64,000 nucleotides of DNA. Source: Antedon mediterranea. Its lineage: Eukaryota; Animalia; Echinodermata. Position numbers and translations under genes: made by a program. Under the pieces are notes generated by a model, which worked only from the letters and a program-made list of their open reading frames with translations, searched no databases and had not been told where the DNA came from. Position 1 is the first letter of the stretch. Every line of letters begins with the position of its first letter. The stretch lies in NCBI RefSeq assembly GCF_964355755.1, contig NC_092677.1:20854101-20918100 (forward strand). Reading direction: 5' to 3'. Positions 27,001-42,000 of the stretch are shown in pieces.

Positions 27001-30000
27001 CGCATTTGGAGACGTTTTAGACCATTTTGTTAATTTCGATGAAACAAAAACACAAAAACATCAAATTGCACAAAATGGCTTAATATGATATGGGAAAACG
27101 TTTTAGACCATTTTGAACATATCGTTAAAAGTTTTCACACAAAAACATCAAAGTCCACAAAATAGCTTAATATCGTATTTAAAAACGTTTTAGACCATTT
27201 TGAGCATTTCGAAAAAACTTTTTCACACAAAACATCAAAGTTTACAAAATAGCTTCAAATCGCATTTGGAGACGTTTTAGACCATTTTCTGATTTTCGAA
27301 AAAACTTGTTAACATAAAAACACCAAAGTGCTCAGAAAAGCTTCAAATCGCATTTGGAGACGTTTTAAACCATTTTGTTCATTTCGATGAAACTTGGTTA
27401 CACAAAAACATCAAAGAGCACAAAAGTATTTAAAAACGTTTTAGACCATTTTGAGCATTCCGACAAAACTTTTTCACACAAAACATCAAAGTGTACAGAA
27501 TAGCTTTAAATCGCATTTGGAGACGTTTTAACCCATTTTGAGCATTTCGATAAAATTTTACAAACAAAAACATCAAAGTGCACAAAATAGCTTAATATGG
27601 TATTTAAAAACGTTTTAGACCATTTTGAGCATTTCAACAAAACTTTTTCTCACAAAACATCAAAGTGTACAGAATAGCTTCAAATCGCATTTGGAGACGT
27701 TTTAGACCATTTTGTGCATTTCGATGAAACTTGGTTACACAAAAACATCAAAGTGCTTAAAATCACATTTTGAGCATTTCGTTAAAACTTTTCACACAAA
27801 AACATCAAAGTCCACAAAATAGCTTAATATCGTATTTAAAAACGTTTTAGACCATTTTGAGCATTTCGAAAAAACTTTTCCACACAAAACATCAAAGTTT
27901 ACAAAATAGCTTCAAATCGCATTTGGAGACGTTTTAGACCATTTTGTGATTTTCGTAAAAACTTGTTAACATAAAAACACCAAAGTGCTTAGAAAAGCTT
28001 CAAATCGCATTTGGAGACGTTTTAGACCATTTTGTGCATTTCGATGAAACTTGGTTACACAAAAACATCAAAGTGCTTAAAATCACATTTTGAACATTTC
28101 GTTAAAAGTTTTCACACAAAAACATCAAAGAGTAAAAAATAGCTTAATATCGTATTTAAAAACGTTTTAGACCATTTTGAGCATTTCGAAAAAACTTTTC
28201 CACACAAAACATCAAAGTTTACAAAATAGCTTCAAATCGCATTTGGAGACGTTTTAGACCATTTTGTGATTTTCGAAAAAACTTGTTAACATAAAAACAC
28301 CAAAGTGCTCAGAATACCTTCAAATCGCATTTGGAGACGTTTTAGACCATTTTGTGATTTTCGAAAAAACTTGTTAACATAAAAACACCAAAGTGCTCAG
28401 AAAAGCTTCAAATCGCATTTGGAGACGTTTTAAACCATTTTGTTCATTTCGATGAAACTTGGTTACACAAAAACATCAAAGAGCACAAAAGTATTTAAAA
28501 ACGTTTTAGACCATTTTGAGCATTCCGACAAAACTTTTTCACACAAAACATCAAAGTGTACAGAATAGCTTTAAATCGCATTTGGAGACGTTTTAGACCA
28601 TTTTGTAGTTTTCGAAAAAACTTGTTAACATAAAAACACAAAAGAGCTTCAAATCGCATTTGGAGACGTTTTAGACCATTTTGTGCATTTCGATGAAACT
28701 TGGTTACACAAAAACATCAAAGTGTACAGAATAGCTTCAAATCGCATTAGAAACCGTTTTAGACCATTTTGAGCATTTCGAAAAAACTTTTTCACACCAA
28801 ACATCAAAGTGTACAAAATAGCTTCAAATCGCATTTGAAGACGTTTTAGACAATTTTGTGATTTTCGAAAAAACTTGTTTACATAAAAACACGAAAGTGC
28901 TAAGAATAGCTTCCAATCGCATTTGGAGACGTTTTAGACCCTTTTGTGCATTTCGATGAAACTTGGTTACACAAAAACATCAAAGTGCTTAAAATCACAT
29001 TAGAAACCGTTTTAGACCATTTTGAGCATTTCGTTAAAATTTTTCACAGAAAAACATCAAAGAGCAAAAAATAGCTTAATATCGTATTTAAAAACGTTTT
29101 AGACCATTTTGAGCATTTCGACAAAACTTTTTCACACAAAATATCAAAGTGTACAGAATAGCTTCAAATCGCATTTTGAGACGTTTTAACCCATTTTGAG
29201 CATTTCGATAAAATTTTACACACAAAAACATCAAAGTGCACAAAATAGCTTAATATGGTATTTAAAAACGTTTTAGACCATTTTGAGCAATTCAACAAAA
29301 CTTTTTCTCACAAAACATCAAAGTGTACAGAATAGCTTCAAATCGCATTTGGAGACGTTTTAGACCATTTTGTGCATTTCGATGAAACTTGGTTACACAA
29401 AAACATCAAAGTGCTTAAAATCACATTTTGAGCATTTCGTTAAAACTTTTCACACAAAAACATCAAAGTCCACAAAATAGCTTAATATCGTATTTAAAAA
29501 CGTTTTAGACCATTTTGAGCATTTCGAAAAAACTTTTCCACACCAAACATCAAAGTTTACAAAATAGCTTCAAATCGCATTTGGAGACGTTTTAGACCAT
29601 TTTGTGATTTTCGAAAAAACTTGTTAACATAAAAACACCAAAGTGCTCAGAATACCTTCAAATCGCATTTGGAGACGTTTTAGACCCTTTTGTGCATTTC
29701 GATGAAACTTGGTTACACAAAAACATCAAAGTGCTTAAAATCACATTAGAAACCGTTTTAGACCATTTTGAGCATTTCGTTAAAATTTGTCACAGAAAAA
29801 CATCAAAGAGCAAAAAATATCTTAATATCGTATTTAAAAACGTTTTAGACCATTTTGAGCATTTCGACAAAACTTTTTCACACAAAACATCAAAGTGTAC
29901 AAAATAGCTTCAAATCGCATTTGGAGACGTTTTAACCCATTTTGAGCATTTCGATAAAATTTTACACACAAAAACATCAAAGTGCACAAAATAGCTTAAT

Positions 30001-33000
30001 ATGGTATTTAAAAACGTTTTAGACCATTTTGAGCATTTCAACAAAACTTTTTCTCACAAAACATCAAAGTGTACAGAATAGCTTCAAATCGCATTTGGAG
30101 ACGTTTTAGACTTTTTTGTGCATTTCGATGAAACTTGGTTACACAAAAACATCAAAGTGCTTAAAATCACATTTTGAGCATTTCGTTAAAACTTTTCACA
30201 CAAAAACATCAAAGTCCACAAAATAGCTTAATATCGTATTTAAAAACGTTTTAGACCATTTTGAGCATTTCGAAAAAACTTTTCCACACAAAACATCAAA
30301 GTTTACAAAATAGCTTCAAATCGCATTTGGAGACGTTTTAGACCATTTTGTGATTTTCGAAAAAACTTGATAACATAAAAACACCAAAGTGCTCAGAATA
30401 CCTTCAAATCGTGTTTTGAGACGTTTTAGACCATTTTGTAATTTTCGAAAAAACTTGTTAACATAAAAACACCAAAGTGCTCAGAATACCTTCACATCGC
30501 ATTTTGAGACGTTTTAGACCATTTTGTGATTTTCGAAAAAACTTGTTAACATAAAAACACCAAAGTGCTTAGAAAAGCTTGAAATCGCATTTGGAGACGT
30601 TTTAGACCATTTTGTGCATTTCGATGAAACTTGGTTACACAAAAACATCAAAGTGCTTAAAATCACATTTTGAGCATTTCGTTAAAACTTTTCACACAAA
30701 AACATCAAAGAGTAAAAAATAGCTTAATATCGTATTTAAAAACGTTTTAGACCATTTTGAGCATTTCGACAAAATTTTTTCACACAAAACATCAAAGTGT
30801 ACAGAATAGCTTTAAATCGCATTTGGAGACGTTTTAGACCATTTTGTTCATTTCGATGAAACAAAAACACAAAAACATCAAATTGCACAAAATGGCTTAA
30901 TATGATATGGGAAAACGTTTTAGACCATTTTGAACATTTCGTTAAAAGTTTTCACACAAAAACATCAAAGTCCACAAAATAGCTTAATATCGTATTTAAA
31001 AACGTTTTAGACCATTTTGAGCATTTCGAAAAAACTTTTTCACACAAAACATCAAAGTTTACAAAATAGCTTCAAATCGCATTTGGAGACGTTATAGACC
31101 ATTTTGTGATTTTCGAAAAAACTTGTTAACATAAAAACACCAAAGTGCTCAGAATACCTTCAAATCGCATTTTGAGACGTTTTAGACCATTTTGTGATTT
31201 TCGAAAAAACTTGTTAACATAAAAACACCAAAGTGCTCAGAATCGTGTTTTGAGACGTTTTAGACCATTTTGTGATTTTCGAAAAAACTTGTTAACATAA
31301 AAACACCAAAGTGCTCAGAATACCTTCAAATCGTGTTTTGAGACGTTTTAGACCATTTTGTGATTTTGGAAAAACTTGTTAACATAAAAACACCAAAGTG
31401 CTCAGAATACCTTCAAATCGCATTTGGAGACGTTTTAGACCATTTTGTGATTTTCGAAAAAACTTGTTAACATAAAAACACCAAAGTGCTCAGAAAAGCT
31501 TCAAATCGCAATTGGAGACGTTTTAAACCATTTTGTTCATTTCGATGAAACTTGGTTACACAAAAACATCAAATTGCACAAAATGGCTTAATATGGTATG
31601 GGAAAACGTTTTAGACCATTTTGAACATTTCGAGAAAACTTTTTCACACAAAACTTCAAAGTGTACAGAATAGCTTCAAATCGCATTAGAAACCGTTTTA
31701 GACCATTTTGAGCATTTCGAAAAAACTTTTTCACACAAAACATCAAAGTTTACAAAATAGCTTCAAATCGCATTTGGAGACGTTTTAGACCATTTTGTGA
31801 TTTTCGAAAAAACTTGTTAACATAAAAACACCAAAGTGCTCAGAATACCTTCAAATCGCATTTTGAGACGTTTTAGACCATTTTGTGATTTTCGAAAAAA
31901 CTTGTTAACATAAAAATACCAAAGTGCTCTGAATACCTTCAAATCGTGTTTTGAGACGTTTTAGACCATTTTGTGATTTTCGAAAAAACTTGTTAACATA
32001 AAAACACCAAAGTGCTCAGAATACCTTCAAATCGCATTTGGAGACGTTTTAGACCATTTTGTGATTTTCGAAAAAACTTGTTAACATAAAAACACCAAAG
32101 TGCTCAGAAAAGCTTCAAATCGCAATTGGAGACGTTTTAAACCATTTTGTTCATTTCGATGAAACTTGGTTACACAAAAACATCAAATTGCACAAAATGG
32201 CTTAATATGGTATGGGAAAACGTTTTAGACCATTTTGAACAATTCGAGAAAACTTTTTCACACAAAACTTCAAAGTGTACAGAATAGCTTCAAATCGCAT
32301 TAGAAACCGTTTTAGACCATTTTGAGCATTTCGAAAAAACTTTTTCACACAAAACATCAAAGTTTACAAAATAGCTTCAAATCGCATTTGGAGACGTTTT
32401 AGACCATTTTGTGATTTTCGAAAAAACTTGTTAACATAAAAACACCAAAGTGCTCAGAATACCTTCAAATCGCATTTTGAGACGTTTTAGACCATTTTGT
32501 GATTTTCGAAAAAACTTGTTAACATAAAAATACCAAAGTGCTCTGAATACCTTCAAATCGTTTTTTGAGACGTTTTAGACCATTTTGTGATTTTCGAAAA
32601 AACTTGTTAACATAAAAACACCAAAGTGCTCAGAATACCTTCAAATCGCATTTGGAGACGTTTTAGACCATTTTGTGATTTTCGAAAAAACTTGTTAACA
32701 TAAAAACACCAAAGTGCTCAGAAAAGCTTCAAATCGCATTTGGAGACGTTTTAAACCATTTTGTTCATTTCGATGAAACTTGGTTACACAAAAACATCAA
32801 AGAGCACAAAAGTATTTAAAAACGTTTTAGACCATTTTGAGCATTCCGACAAAACTTTTTCACACAAAACATCAAAGTGTACAGAATAGCTTTAAATCGC
32901 ATTTGGAGACGTTTTAGACCATTTTGTAGTTTTCGAAAAAACTTGTTAACATAAAAACACAAAAGAGCTTCAAATCGCATTTGGAGACGTTTTAGACCCT

Positions 33001-36000
33001 TTTGTGCATTTCGATGAAACTTGGTTACACAAAAACATCAAAGTGCTTAAAATCACATTAGAAACCGTTTTAGACCATTTTGAGCATTTCGTTAAAACTT
33101 TTCACACAAAAACATCAAAGTCCCCAAAATAGCTTAATATCGTATTCAAAAACGTTTTAGACCATTTTGAGCATTTCGAAAAAACTTTTTCACACAAAAC
33201 ATCAAAGTTTACAAAATAGCTTCAAATCGCATTTGGAGACGTTTTAGACCATTTTGTGATTTTCGAAAAAACTTGTTAACATAAAAACACCAAAGTGCTC
33301 AGAATACCTTCAAATCGCATTTTGAGACGTTTTAGACCATTTTGTGATTTTCGAAAAAACAACATAAAAACACCAAAGTGCTCAGAATACCTTCAAATCG
33401 CATTTGGAGACGTTTTAGACCATTTTGTGATTTTGGAAAAAACTTGTTAACATAAAAACACCAAAGTGCTCAGAATACCTTCAAATCGTATTTTGAGACG
33501 TTTTAGACAATTTTGTGATTTTCGAAAAAACTTGTTAACATAAAAACACCAAAGTGCTTAGAAAAGCTTCAAATCGCATTTGGAGACGTTTTAGACCATT
33601 TTGTGCATTTCGATGAAACTTGGTTACACAAAAACATCAAAGTGTACAGAATAGCTTCAAATCGCATTAGAAACCGTTTTAGACCATTTTGAGCATTTCG
33701 AAAAAACTTTTTCACACAAAACATCAAAGTGTACAAAATAGCTTCAAATCGCATTTGGAGACGTTTTAGACAATTTTGTGATTTTCGAAAAAACTTGTTT
33801 ACATAAAAACACCAAAGTGCTAAGAATAGCTTCCAATCGCATTTGGAGACGTTTTAGACCCTTTTGTGCATTTCGATGAAACTTGGTTACACAAAAACAT
33901 CAAAGTGCTTAAAATCACATTAGAAACCGTTTTAGACCATTTTGAGCATTTCGTTAAAATTTTTCACAGAAAAACATCAAAGAGCAAAAAATAGCTTAAT
34001 ATCGTATTTAAAAACGTTTTAGACCATTTTGAGCATTTCGACAAAACTTTTTCACACAAAACATCAAAGTGTACAGAATAGCTTAATATCGCATTTGGAG
34101 ACGTTTTAACCCATTTTGAGCATTTCGATAAAATTTTACACACAAAAACATCAAAGTGCACAAAATAGCTTAATATGGTATTTAAAAACGTTTTAGAACA
34201 TTTTGAGCATTTCAACAAAACTTTTTCTCACAAAACATCAAAGTGTACAGAATAGCTTCAAATCGCATTTGGAGACGTTTTAGACCATTTTGTGCATTTC
34301 GATGAAACTTGGTTACACAAAAACATCAAAGTGCTTAAAATCACATTTTGAGCATTTCGTTAAAACTTTTCACACAAAAACATCAAAGAGTAAAAAATAG
34401 CTTAATATCGTATTTAAAAACGTTTTAGACCATTTGGAGCATTTCGACAAAATTTTTTCACACAAAACATCAAAGTGTACAGAATAGCTTTAAATCGCAT
34501 TTGGAGACGTTTTAGACCATTTTGTTAATTTCGATGAAACAAAAACACAAAAACATCAAATTGCACAAAATGGCTTAATATGATATGGGAAAACGTTTTA
34601 GACCATTTTGAACATTTCGTTAAAAGTTTTCACACAAAAACATCACAGTCCACAAAATAGCTTAATATCGTATTTAAAAACGTTTTAGACCATTTTGAGC
34701 ATTTCGAAAAAACTTTTTCACACTAAACATCAAAGTTTACAAAATAGCTTCAAATCGCATTTGGAGACGTTTTAGACCATTTTGTGATTTTCGAAAAAAC
34801 TTGTTAACATAAAAACACCAAAGTGCTCAGAATACCTTCAAATCGCATTTTGAGACGTTTTAGACCATTTTGTGATTTTCGAAAAAACTTGTTAACATAA
34901 AAACACCAAAGTGCTCAGAATACCTTCAAATCGTGTTTTGAGACGTTTTAGACCATTTTGTGATTTTCGAAAAAACTTGTTAACATAAAAACACCAAAGT
35001 GCTCAGAATACCTTCAAATCGCATTTTGAGACGTTTTAGACCATTTTGTGATTTTCGAAAAAACTTGTTAACATAAAAACACCAAAGTGCTCAGAATACC
35101 TTCAAATCGTGTTTTGAGACGTTTTAGACCATTTTGTGATTTTCGAAAAAACTTGTTAACATAAAAACACCAAAGTGCTTAGAAAAGCTTCAAATCGCAT
35201 TTGGATACGTTTTAGACCATTTTGTTCATTTCGATGAAACTTGGTTACACAAAAACATCAAAGAGCACAAAAGATCTTAATATCGTATTTAAAAACGTTT
35301 TAGACCATTTTGAGCATTTCGAAAAAACTTTTTCACACAAAACATCAAAGTGTACAAAATAGCTTCAAATCGCATTTTGAGACGTTTTAGACAATTTTGT
35401 GATTTTCGAAAAAACTTGTTTACATAAAAACACCAAAGTACTTAGAAAAGCTTCAAATCGCATTTGGAGACGTTTTAAACCATTTTGTTCATTTCGATGA
35501 AACTTGGTTACACAAAAACATCAAAGAGCACAAAAGTATTTAAAAACGTTTTAGACCATTTTGAGCATTCCGTCAAAACTTTTTCACACAAAACATCAAA
35601 GTGTACAGAATAGCTTTAAATCGCATTTGGAGACGTTTTAGACCATTTTGTAGTTTTCGAAAAAACTTGTTAACATAAAAACACAAAAGAGCTTCAAATC
35701 GCATTTGGAGACGTTTTAGACCCTTTTGTGCATTTCGATGAAACTTGGTTACACAAAAACATCAAAGTGCTTAAAATCACATTTTGAGCATTTCGTTAAA
35801 ACTTTTCACACAAAAACATCAAAGAGTAAAAAATAGCTTAATATCGTATTTAAAAACGTTTTAGACCATTTTGAGCATTTCGACAAAATTTTTTCACACA
35901 AAACATCAAAGTGTACAGAATAGCTTTAAATCGCATTTGGAGACGTTTTAGACCATTTTGTTAATTTCGATGAAACAAAAACACAAAAACATCAAATTGC

Positions 36001-39000
36001 ACAAAATGGCTTAATATGATATGGGAAAACGTTTTAGACCATTTTGAACATTTCGTTAAAAGTTTTCACACAAAAACATCAAAGTCCACAAAATAGCTTA
36101 ATATCGTATTTAAAAACGTTTTAGACCATTTTGAGCATTTCGAAAAAACTTTTTCACACAAAACATCAAAGTTTACAAAATAGCTTCAAATCGCATTTGG
36201 AGACGTTTTAGACCATTTTGTGATTTTCGAAAAAACTTGTTAACATAAAAACACCAAAGTGCTCAGAAAAGCTTCAAATCGCATTTGGAGACGTTTTAAA
36301 CCATTTTGTTCATTTCGATGAAACTTGGTTACACAAAAACATCAAAGAGCACAAAAGTATTTAAAAACGTTTTAGACCATTTTGAGCATTCCGACAAAAC
36401 TTTTTCACACAAAACATCAAAGTGTACAGAATAGCTTTAAATCGCATTTGGAGACGTTTTAACCCATTTTGAGCATTTCGATAAAATTTTACAAACAAAA
36501 ACATCAAAGTGCACAAAATAGCTTAATATGGTATTTAAAAACGTTTTAGACCATTTTGAGCATTTCAACAAAACTTTTTCTCACAAAACATCAAAGTGTA
36601 CAGAATAGCTTCAAATCGCATTTGGAGACGTTTTAGACCATTTTGTGCATTTCGATGAAACTTGGTTACACAAAAACATCAAAGTGCTTAAAATCACATT
36701 TTGAGCATTTCGTTAAAACTTTTCACACAAACACATCAAAGTCCACAAAATAGCTTAATATCGTATTTAAAAACGTTTTAGACCATTTTGAGCATTTCGA
36801 AAAAACTTTTCCACACAAAACATCAAAGTTTACAAAATAGCTTCAAATCGCATTTGGAGACGTTTTAGACCATTTTGTGATTTTCGTAAAAACTTGTTAA
36901 CATAAAAACACCAAAGTGCTTAGAAAAGCTTCAAATCGCATTTGGAGACGTTTTAGACCATTTTGTGCATTTCGATGAAACTTGGTTACACAAAAACATC
37001 AAAGTGCTTAAAATCACATTTTGAACATTTCGTTAAAAGTTTTCACACAAAAACATCAAAGAGTAAAAAATAGCTTAATATCGTATTTAAAAACGTTTTA
37101 GACCATTTTGAGCATTTCGAAAAAACTTTTCCACACAAAACATCAAAGTTTACAAAATAGCTTCAAATCGCATTTGGAGACGTTTTAGACCATTTTGTGA
37201 TTTTCGAAAAAACTTGTTAACATAAAAACACCAAAGTGCTCAGAATACCTTCAAATCGCATTTGGAGACGTTTTAGACCATTTTGTGATTTTCGAAAAAA
37301 CTTGTTAACATAAAAACACCAAAGTGCTCAGAAAAGCTTCAAATCGCATTTGGAGACGTTTTAAACCATTTTGTTCATTTCGATGAAACTTGGTTACACA
37401 AAAACATCAAAGAGCACAAAAGTATTTAAAAACGTTTTAGACCATTTTGAGCATTCCGACAAAACTTTTTCACACAAAACATCAAAGTGTACAGAATAGC
37501 TTTAAATCGCATTTGGAGACGTTTTAGACCCTTTTGTAGTTTTCGAAAAAACTTGTTAACATAAAAACACAAAAGAGCTTCAAATCGCATTTGGAGACGT
37601 TTTAGACCCTTTTGTGCATTTCGATGAAACTTGGTTACACAAAAACATCAAAGTGCTTAAAATCACATTAGAAACCGTTTTAGACCATTTTGAGCATTTC
37701 GTTAAAACTTTTCACACAAAAACATCAAAGTCCACAAAATAGCTTAATATCGTATTTAAAAACGTTTTAGACAATTTTGAGCATTTCGAAAAAACCTTTT
37801 CACACAAAACATCAAAGTTTACAAAATAGCTTCAAATCGCATTTGGAGACGTTTTAGACCATTTTGTGATTTTCGAAAAAACTTGTTAACATAAAAACAC
37901 CAAAGTGCTCAGAATACCTTCAAATCGCATTTTGAGACGTTTTAGACCATTTTGTTCATTTCGACGAAACAAAAACACAAAAACATCAAATTGCACAAAA
38001 TGGCTTAATATGATATGGGAAAACGTTTTAGACCATTTTGAACATTTCGTTAAAAGTTTTCACACAAAAACATCAAAGTCCACAAAATAGCTTAATATCG
38101 TATTTAAAAACGTTTTAGACCATTTTGAGCATTTCGAAAAAACTTTTCCACACAAAACATCAAAGTTTACAAAATAGCTTCAAATCGCATTTGGAGACGT
38201 TTTAGACGATTTTGTGATTTTCGAAAAAACTTGTTAACATAAAAACACAAAAGTGCTCAGAATACCTTCAAATCGCATTTGGAGACGTTTTAGACCATTT
38301 TGTAGTTTTCGAAAAAACTTGTTAACATAAAAACACCAAAGAGCTTCAAATCGCATTTGGAGACGTTTTAGACCCTTTTGTGCATTTCGATGAAACTTGG
38401 TTACACAAAAACATCAAAGTGCTTAAAATCACATTAGAAACCGTTTTAGACCATTTTGAGCATTTCGTTAAAACTTTTCACACAAAAACATCAAAGTCCA
38501 CAAAATAGCTTAATATCGTATTTAAAAACGTTTTAGACCATTTTGAGCATTTCGAAAAAACTTTTTCACACAAAACATCAAAGTTTACAAAATAGCTTCA
38601 AATCGCATTTGAAGACGTTTTAGACCATTTTGTGATTTTCGAAAAAACTTGTTAACATAAAAACACCAAAGTGCTCAGAATACCTTCAAATCGCATTTTG
38701 AGACGTTTTAGACCATTTTGTGATTTTCGAAAAAACAACATAAAAACACCAAAGTGCTCAGAATACCTTCAAATCGCATTTGGAGACGTTTTAGACCATT
38801 TTGTGATTTTCGAAAAAACTTGTTAACATAAAAACACCAAAGTGCTCAGAATACCTTCAAATCGTATTTTGAGACGTTTTAGACAATTTTGTGATTTTCG
38901 AAAAAACTTGTTAACATAAAAACACCAAAGTGCTTAGAAAAGCTTCAAATCGCATTTGGAGACGTTTTAGACCATTTTGTGCATTTCGATGAAACTTGGT

Positions 39001-42000
39001 TACACAAAAACATCAAAGTGTACAGAATAGCTTCAAATCGCATTAGAAACCGTTTTAGACCATTTTGAGCATTTCGAAAAAACTTTTTCACACCAAACAT
39101 CAAAGTGTACAAAATAGCTTCAAATCGCATTTGAAGACGTTTTAGACAATTTTGTGATTTTCGAAAAAACTTGTTTACATAAAAACACGAAAGTGCTAAG
39201 AATAGCTTCCAATCGCATTTGGAGACGTTTTAGACCCTTTTGTGCATTTCGATGAAACTTGGTTACACAAAAACATCAAAGTGCTTAAAATCACATTAGA
39301 AACCGTTTTAGACCATTTTGAGCATTTCGTTAAAATTTTTCACAGAAAAACATCAAAGAGCAAAAAATAGCTTAATATCGTATTTAAAAACGTTTTAGAC
39401 CATTTTGAGCATTTCGACAAAACTTTTTCACACAAAATATCAAAGTGTACAGAATAGCTTCAAATCGCATTTTGAGACGTTTTAACCCATTTTGAGCATT
39501 TCGATAAAATTTTACACACAAAAACATCAAAGTGCACAAAATAGCTTAATATGGTATTTAAAAACGTTTTAGACCATTTTGAGCAATTCAACAAAACTTT
39601 TTCTCACAAAACATCAAAGTGTACAGAATAGCTTCAAATCGCATTTGGAGACGTTTTAGACCATTTTGTGCATTTCGATGAAACTTGGTTACACAAAAAC
39701 ATCAAAGTGCTTAAAATCACATTTTGAGCATTTCGTTAAAACTTTTCACACAAAAACATCAAAGTCCACAAAATAGCTTAATATCGTATTTAAAAACGTT
39801 TTAGACCATTTTGAGCATTTCGAAAAAACTTTTTCACACAAAACATCAAAGTTTACAAAATAGCTTCAAATCGCATTTGAAGACGTTTTAGACCATTTTG
39901 TGATTTTCGAAAAAACTTGTTAACATAAAAACACCAAAGTGCTCAGAATACCTTCAAATCGCATTTTGAGACGTTTTAGACCATTTTGTGATTTTCGAAA
40001 AAACAACATAAAAACACCAAAGTGCTCAGAATACCTTCAAATCGCATTTGGAGACGTTTTAGACCATTTTGTGATTTTCGAAAAAACTTGTTAACATAAA
40101 AACACCAAAGTGCTCAGAATACCTTCAAATCGTATTTTGAGACGTTTTAGACAATTTTGTGATTTTCGAAAAAACTTGTTAACATAAAAACACCAAAGTG
40201 CTTAGAAAAGCTTCAAATCGCATTTGGAGACGTTTTAGACCATTTTGTGCATTTCGATGAAACTTGGTTACACAAAAACATCAAAGTGTACAGAATAGCT
40301 TCAAATCGCATTAGAAACCGTTTTAGACCATTTTGAGCATTTCGAAAAAACTTTTTCACACCAAACATCAAAGTGTACAAAATAGCTTCAAATCGCATTT
40401 GAAGACGTTTTAGACAATTTTGTGATTTTCGAAAAAACTTGTTTACATAAAAACACGAAAGTGCTAAGAATAGCTTCCAATCGCATTTGGAGACGTTTTA
40501 GACCCTTTTGTGCATTTCGATGAAACTTGGTTACACAAAAACATCAAAGTGCTTAAAATCACATTAGAAACCGTTTTAGACCATTTTGAGCATTTCGTTA
40601 AAATTTTTCACAGAAAAACATCAAAGAGCAAAAAATAGCTTAATATCGTATTTAAAAACGTTTTAGACCATTTTGAGCATTTCGACAAAACTTTTTCACA
40701 CAAAATATCAAAGTGTACAGAATAGCTTCAAATCGCATTTTGAGACGTTTTAACCCATTTTGAGCATTTCGATAAAATTTTACACACAAAAACATCAAAG
40801 TGCACAAAATAGCTTAATATGGTATTTAAAAACGTTTTAGACCATTTTGAGCAATTCAACAAAACTTTTTCTCACAAAACATCAAAGTGTACAGAATAGC
40901 TTCAAATCGCATTTGGAGACGTTTTAGACCATTTTGTGCATTTCGATGAAACTTGGTTACACAAAAACATCAAAGTGCTTAAAATCACATTTTGAGCATT
41001 TCGTTAAAACTTTTCACACAAAAACATCAAAGTCCACAAAATAGCTTAATATCGTATTTAAAAACGTTTTAGACCATTTTGAGCATTTCGAAAAAACTTT
41101 TCCACACCAAACATCAAAGTTTACAAAATAGCTTCAAATCGCATTTGGAGACGTTTTAGACCATTTTGTGATTTTCGAAAAAACTTGTTAACATAAAAAC
41201 ACCAAAGTGCTCAGAATACCTTCAAATCGCATTTGGAGACGTTTTAGACCCTTTTGTGCATTTCGATGAAACTTGGTTACACAAAAACATCAAAGTGCTT
41301 AAAATCACATTAGAAACCGTTTTAGACCATTTTGAGCATTTCGTTAAAATTTGTCACAGAAAAACATCAAAGAGCAAAAAATATCTTAATATCGTATTTA
41401 AAAACGTTTTAGACCATTTTGAGCATTTCGACAAAACTTTTTCACACAAAACATCAAAGTGTACAAAATAGCTTCAAATCGCATTTGGAGACGTTTTAAC
41501 CCATTTTGAGCATTTCGATAAAATTTTACACACAAAAACATCAAAGTGCACAAAATAGCTTAATATGGTATTTAAAAACGTTTTAGACCATTTTGAGCAT
41601 TTCAACAAAACTTTTTCTCACAAAACATCAAAGTGTACAGAATAGCTTCAAATCGCATTTGGAGACGTTTTAGACTTTTTTGTGCATTTCGATGAAACTT
41701 GGTTACACAAAAACATCAAAGTGCTTAAAATCACATTTTGAGCATTTCGTTAAAACTTTTCACACAAAAACATCAAAGTCCACAAAATAGCTTAATATCG
41801 TATTTAAAAACGTTTTAGACCATTTTGAGCATTTCGAAAAAACTTTTCCACACAAAACATCAAAGTTTACAAAATAGCTTCAAATCGCATTTGGAGACGT
41901 TTTAGACCATTTTGTGATTTTCGAAAAAACTTGATAACATAAAAACACCAAAGTGCTCAGAATACCTTCAAATCGTGTTTTGAGACGTTTTAGACCATTT

